Source of the DNA: Hormiphora californensis
Taxonomy: Eukaryota; Animalia; Ctenophora
Direction of reading: 5' to 3'
Assembly: GCA_020137815.1 (NCBI GenBank)
Contig: CM035351.1
Coordinates: 5,518,001 to 5,582,000 of the forward strand
Length of the DNA: 64,000 nucleotides
Of the stretch, positions 50,991 through 64,000 are shown piece by piece. The position numbers were made by a program, and so were the translations under genes. The notes beneath the pieces are model-generated. The model was not told where the DNA came from and made no database searches. It was given only the letters and a program-made list of their open reading frames with translations. Numbering within the stretch: position 1 is the stretch's first letter; the number at the start of each line of letters is the position of its first letter.

Positions 50991-52517
50991 ATGTCGGTTG
51001 TTGGTGAGGATGGAACGCATCTTCTCCTCTCCCTCGATTCAAACACCCACTACAACATCCGCTGTGAGGGTGTCACCGTGACACCCATTGCCGGCACCAA
51101 GATCACCCTCAGTGGCTTCCCCCTCAACCGCCCCATTTCCTTTGCCAGCCTCGACTCCCAAGCACGGGTGTCTGTGTGGTGCGAGGAGGGGGCCACCCTC
51201 AAACCCGACCAGGTGATGGAATATGGGAGGAAGGAGGGGCTGGATATCAGCACGGTTGATAAACGAGACTGTGGGGCAGCACTGCTACTCGTCACCAAGA
51301 CCTCATCAGGCCGTGATTTTCGTTTGATTCGTAAGACAGTTTGGAAAATCTGGGATACGAGTACGGCTAGTTCGGCGGTGGTGTCCAGGCCGTGGTTTGA
51401 ACTTTACCGAGGTCTGGATAGAGCTGTTAGGATTAGTAGGGACTGGTCGGAGTGTGTGAAGGATGTTGTGAAGGATGGGACATGTCGAGTGGCTGTTTGT
51501 GGCCCTAAAAACTCAGGAAAATCAACGCTGTGTAAATACATTGTGAATCAGCTGCTGTCGGCCCACGGTTCTGTTCTGTACATTGAAACTGATCTAGGAC
51601 AGCCTGAAATCTGTCCACCGGGCCACATATCCCTCACTTTGTTACGGGAGCCCCTCCTTGGGCCACCCTGTACTAACCATCCCATCCTGTCATCCCCCCT
51701 CTCCGCTACCTCCCCTCATCTCACCACTATGTGCTGTGGGGTGGGGAAGGTATCTCCGGCGGAGGTCCTTGACGAGTACATGGTCCAACTGGAGGACCTG
51801 ATATCCCATGCTCGGGGAGTCTCCCTACCCATTGTCCTCAATAATATGGGGTGGACCAAAGGGTTCGGGGTGGCCTTACACTCGGATATATTCGCAGCAT
51901 TGGACGCCACCCATGTTGTGAATCTGGTAACCAATAGTAACAAGGATCTACCCCCGATTGAGGAGGTGCTTGTCACACCTGGTATCAAAGGAAGGGTGTC
52001 CGACAACCCTTCCCTTCCCCTGATAGCCAACCTTCCTGCCCACCCTCCATCTGCCTCGAAACAGGGGCTGCAGGCACATGAACTCCGTCACCTGCACCTC
52101 CTCCAATACTTCTCACCCATCTATGGGGGAGGTGAGATTGATCCCCCGTACAGGATCCGCTGGGATGATATCCGGGTGGAGACCCCAGAGGACCTGGGGT
52201 CCGACATGGTCCCCTACCTACTGAACCTGTCCATTGTGGACCTTATCGGGCAAGACGGGGCATGTGTCGGTATGGCGGTTGTCAGATCTGTTGACGTTCA
52301 GAACAAGCTGTACTATCTGAATACACCAGTACCGGCTGAAGTGTTAGAGGACCAGGTGACGGCGATGAGACATACCAGCCTGCCTATTCCTCATCTACCC
52401 AACAATGGGAACCTGCCCGCACCCTATCTGTCCAATCTGGCCGCTCAGGAGATTAAGGGGGTGGGCTGTAGAAGTCAACGGAATAATCTGAAGAGACGGC
52501 ACAATGCTGTCGCCTGA
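50991..52517 (+). CDS. NOL9: Polynucleotide 5'-hydroxyl kinase NOL9/Grc3 (Clp1 family)
   Basis: P-loop VCGPKNSGKST, ETDLGQPE, LLGPPCT, VLNNMGWTKGFG and C-terminal MAVVRSVD...YYLNTPVP. Confidence 0.92.
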   Translation: MSVVGEDGTHLLLSLDSNTHYNIRCEGVTVTPIAGTKITLSGFPLNRPISFASLDSQARVSVWCEEGATLKPDQVMEYGRKEGLDISTVDKRDCGAALLLVTKTSSGRDFRLIRKTVWKIWDTSTASSAVVSRPWFELYRGLDRAVRISRDWSECVKDVVKDGTCRVAVCGPKNSGKSTLCKYIVNQLLSAHGSVLYIETDLGQPEICPPGHISLTLLREPLLGPPCTNHPILSSPLSATSPHLTTMCCGVGKVSPAEVLDEYMVQLEDLISHARGVSLPIVLNNMGWTKGFGVALHSDIFAALDATHVVNLVTNSNKDLPPIEEVLVTPGIKGRVSDNPSLPLIANLPAHPPSASKQGLQAHELRHLHLLQYFSPIYGGGEIDPPYRIRWDDIRVETPEDLGSDMVPYLLNLSIVDLIGQDGACVGMAVVRSVDVQNKLYYLNTPVPAEVLEDQVTAMRHTSLPIPHLPNNGNLPAPYLSNLAAQEIKGVGCRSQRNNLKRRHNAVA

Positions 52518-52681
52518 GAGCAGGGGAATATAAAAGAGTTCTTTGTGTTTCTAATTTATTAAGTTTTTAACATTTAGCATATTACTACATGAAACAAGTA
52601 GGACCAGTTTTAATATCCTTGTAACCACCCCACCAATCAATCAACACTTCTATTTACTTCACTCTCCCTAGTCCCTTGTAA

Positions 52682-61901
<9,220 letters not shown>

Positions 61902-62071
61902 AGCGTGAACCAGACAACTTATTTGTACTATTATGACACAGTTTTTAACCCCGCACACACACATATCTGTAGAACCTGACGAAATGTATATAAGCACCGT
62001 ATTATATTGTATTCTTGTACAGTTAGCTATAAAATATTACTGCTTTTGAACTTTTTTCAATCCCTTAAATC

Positions 62072-62179
62072 CAGGAACCGACCGAATCAGGAAATACTAG
62101 TCCCTGATTGGCTGATAACAGTCACGTGACCTAAATAACGAGTTCTGATTGGTTGTTTACTTGTTTCGGTCGGTTCGTG
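62072..62179. mobile_element. hAT-type MITE family A
   Basis: TIRs as in the other copies, 8-bp TSD CTTAAATC. Confidence 0.9.
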
Positions 62180-62208
62180 CTTAAATCTAACAATCCACTC
62201 CGTTTAGC

Positions 62209-62344
62209 ATGGGTAGCTTGCTTGACAATTCACTTCAGCTCATCTCCAAGGCTTCCTCTCATAATCTGTTTGTCCGGTTATGGCCAACACCCGATCCAAA
62301 AGGTATGTGTCCCCGGCCTCGTAGGAATAATCAGAATGGAGAAA

Positions 62345-62421
<77 letters not shown>

Positions 62422-62423
62422 CT

Positions 62424-62486
<63 letters not shown>

Positions 62487-63586
62487 TCTCTCTCCCTCCC
62501 TCTCTCAGGTCTGGTGTTTATTGTGCACGATCTGGGTGGCCACTGTTTGCTGTACGATACAGTAGCGGATACACTCAACAGACAGGGCATTGCAGTGGCG
62601 GGCTTTGACCACCAGGGACATGGTCTTAGTGGGGGTGCTCGATTACACGTCCCGAACTGTCAGGTATGTATGGGGTGCTCGATTACACGTCCCGAACTGT
62701 CAGGTATGTATGGGGTGCTCGATTACACGTCCCGAACTGTCAGGTATGTATGGCGTGCTCGATTACACGTGCCGAACTGTCAGGTATGTAAGGGGTGCTC
62801 GATTACACGTGCCAAACTGTCAGGTATGTAAGGGGTGCTCGATTACACGTGCCAAACTATCAGGTATGTAAGGGGTGCTCGATTACACGTGCCAAACTGT
62901 CAGGTATGTAAGGGGTGCTCGATTACACGTGCCAAACTGTCAGGTATGTAAGGGGTGCTCGATTACACGTGCCGAACTGTCAGGATGTAAGGGGTGCTCG
63001 ATTACACGTCCCGAACTGTCAGGTATTTATGGGGTGCTCGATTTCACGTCCCGAACTGTCAGGTATGTAAGGGGTGCTGGATTACACGTGCCAAACTGTC
63101 AGGTATGTAAGGCGTGCTCGATTACACGTCCCGAACTGTCAGGTATGTAAGGGGTGCTCGATTACACGTGCCAAACTGTCAGGTATGTATGGGGTGCTCG
63201 ATTACACGTCCCAAACTGTCAGGTACTTGAATCAATAACAGGTTACATTTGCATTACCAAAACAAGTCGTACGTTTTTCGAATCAGGGTTGAGGGGGGGG
63301 GGGGCGAGTGCTTCCTCCATCACCAATTGTTACGTTTCCCCACAATTTCCAAATTAAAAGGCTTGAGTGCTTATCATATCGTTGTTCTATAATCTATGTT
63401 CACTTCCTCAAACAGGCGATGGTGAGTGATGCAGAACAGTGTTTGAGGGAGGTGAGAGGTTTCTTCCCCGAGACGTCCAATATAATTCTCCTCGGCCATG
63501 GGTTCGGGGGCGTCCTGTCGGCCCTTCTCGCCCAAAAGGTGCCTGACCTGGTGAAGAGAGTTGTACTACACAACCCACTGTTCAAG
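62209..63586 (+). CDS. Monoacylglycerol lipase-like alpha/beta hydrolase (Hydrolase_4), 5' part, nucleophile Ser replaced
   Basis: Exons 62209-62302, 62509-62663 and 63416-63586. LFVRLW, GLVFIVHDLGGH, FDHQGHGLSGG and LLGHGFGG. The gene continues downstream. Confidence 0.85.
62632..63225. repeat. 40-bp tandem repeat spanning the hydrolase exon 2 donor
   Basis: About 15 copies of GGGGTGCTCGATTACACGTSCCRAACTGTCAG|GTATGTAW. Confidence 0.95.
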
Positions 63587-64000
63587 GTATTTTGTTGAGA
63601 GGGGGGAAACAGGTGTTTATCAATCGAAGTTTTCGAAAACATGGGGTATCATCCAGTGTAAGGATTCAATCATGATTAATTGCTCGCTTTCAAAAAACTT
63701 GATTCAAGTAATTAATTAATTAATTGTGTGACGAGAAATTGTTTTCAGTTGGCAAGTGAACAAGCGAAGGGGGCGTATCTCTGCTGGTATATGTCATATC
63801 TGACACCCTTCCTTCCCAGTCACCTATCAGCACCCGATCCAGAATTATTAATAGAGAATGAGGTATTGTAAAATATTATTAACCACTTCATTGATTTATT
63901 ACAAATTATTTAGCAGTACAATTCTTCAATGTTAGGTTTATAACTTGGGTCAGGGCTTACATCTCCTCTTTTAACATTTTACACCCTTACCTTGACAAAT

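Noticed and set aside
62632-63225. CRISPR-like array (also the 30-kb, 49.5-kb and 55-kb repeats)
   Set aside because: Units are contiguous with no unique spacers, there are no cas genes, and the context is eukaryotic.

Overview
Eukaryotic (animal) genomic DNA with short GT-AG introns, many (AG/CT)n microsatellites and dense transposon debris. A ctenophore of the Pleurobrachia/Hormiphora type is my inference, from recall of the recurrent 109-bp MITE and the compact gene style; it is not verified. I reconstructed these genes by hand from splice signals and motifs: a partial thioester protein/alpha-2-macroglobulin-like gene (- strand, carrying an intact L2/CR1-group LINE in an intron), a secreted two-ShKT-domain precursor, an atypical class A GPCR, a small unknown 3-exon gene, CPTP, a GARS pseudogene fragment, and a co-oriented + strand run of POLR3C, an Ig-domain membrane protein, a CENP-V/GFA-like gene, CABLES, NOL9, CCDC77 and a catalytically altered MGLL-like hydrolase. 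A second Ig-domain paralog is nested antisense in a CCDC77 intron. Its transmembrane exon is split by a 3.2-kb satellite-bearing insertion with a 15-bp target duplication that could be spliced out in frame. Other notable signals are tandem repeats seeded at splice junctions, a hammerhead-ribozyme mini-insert inside a Penelope element, two foldback transposons of about 1.4 kb, and acceptor-AG-before-ATG patterns suggesting trans-spliced operon-like organisation. Exon coordinates were read by eye and may be off by a few bases.
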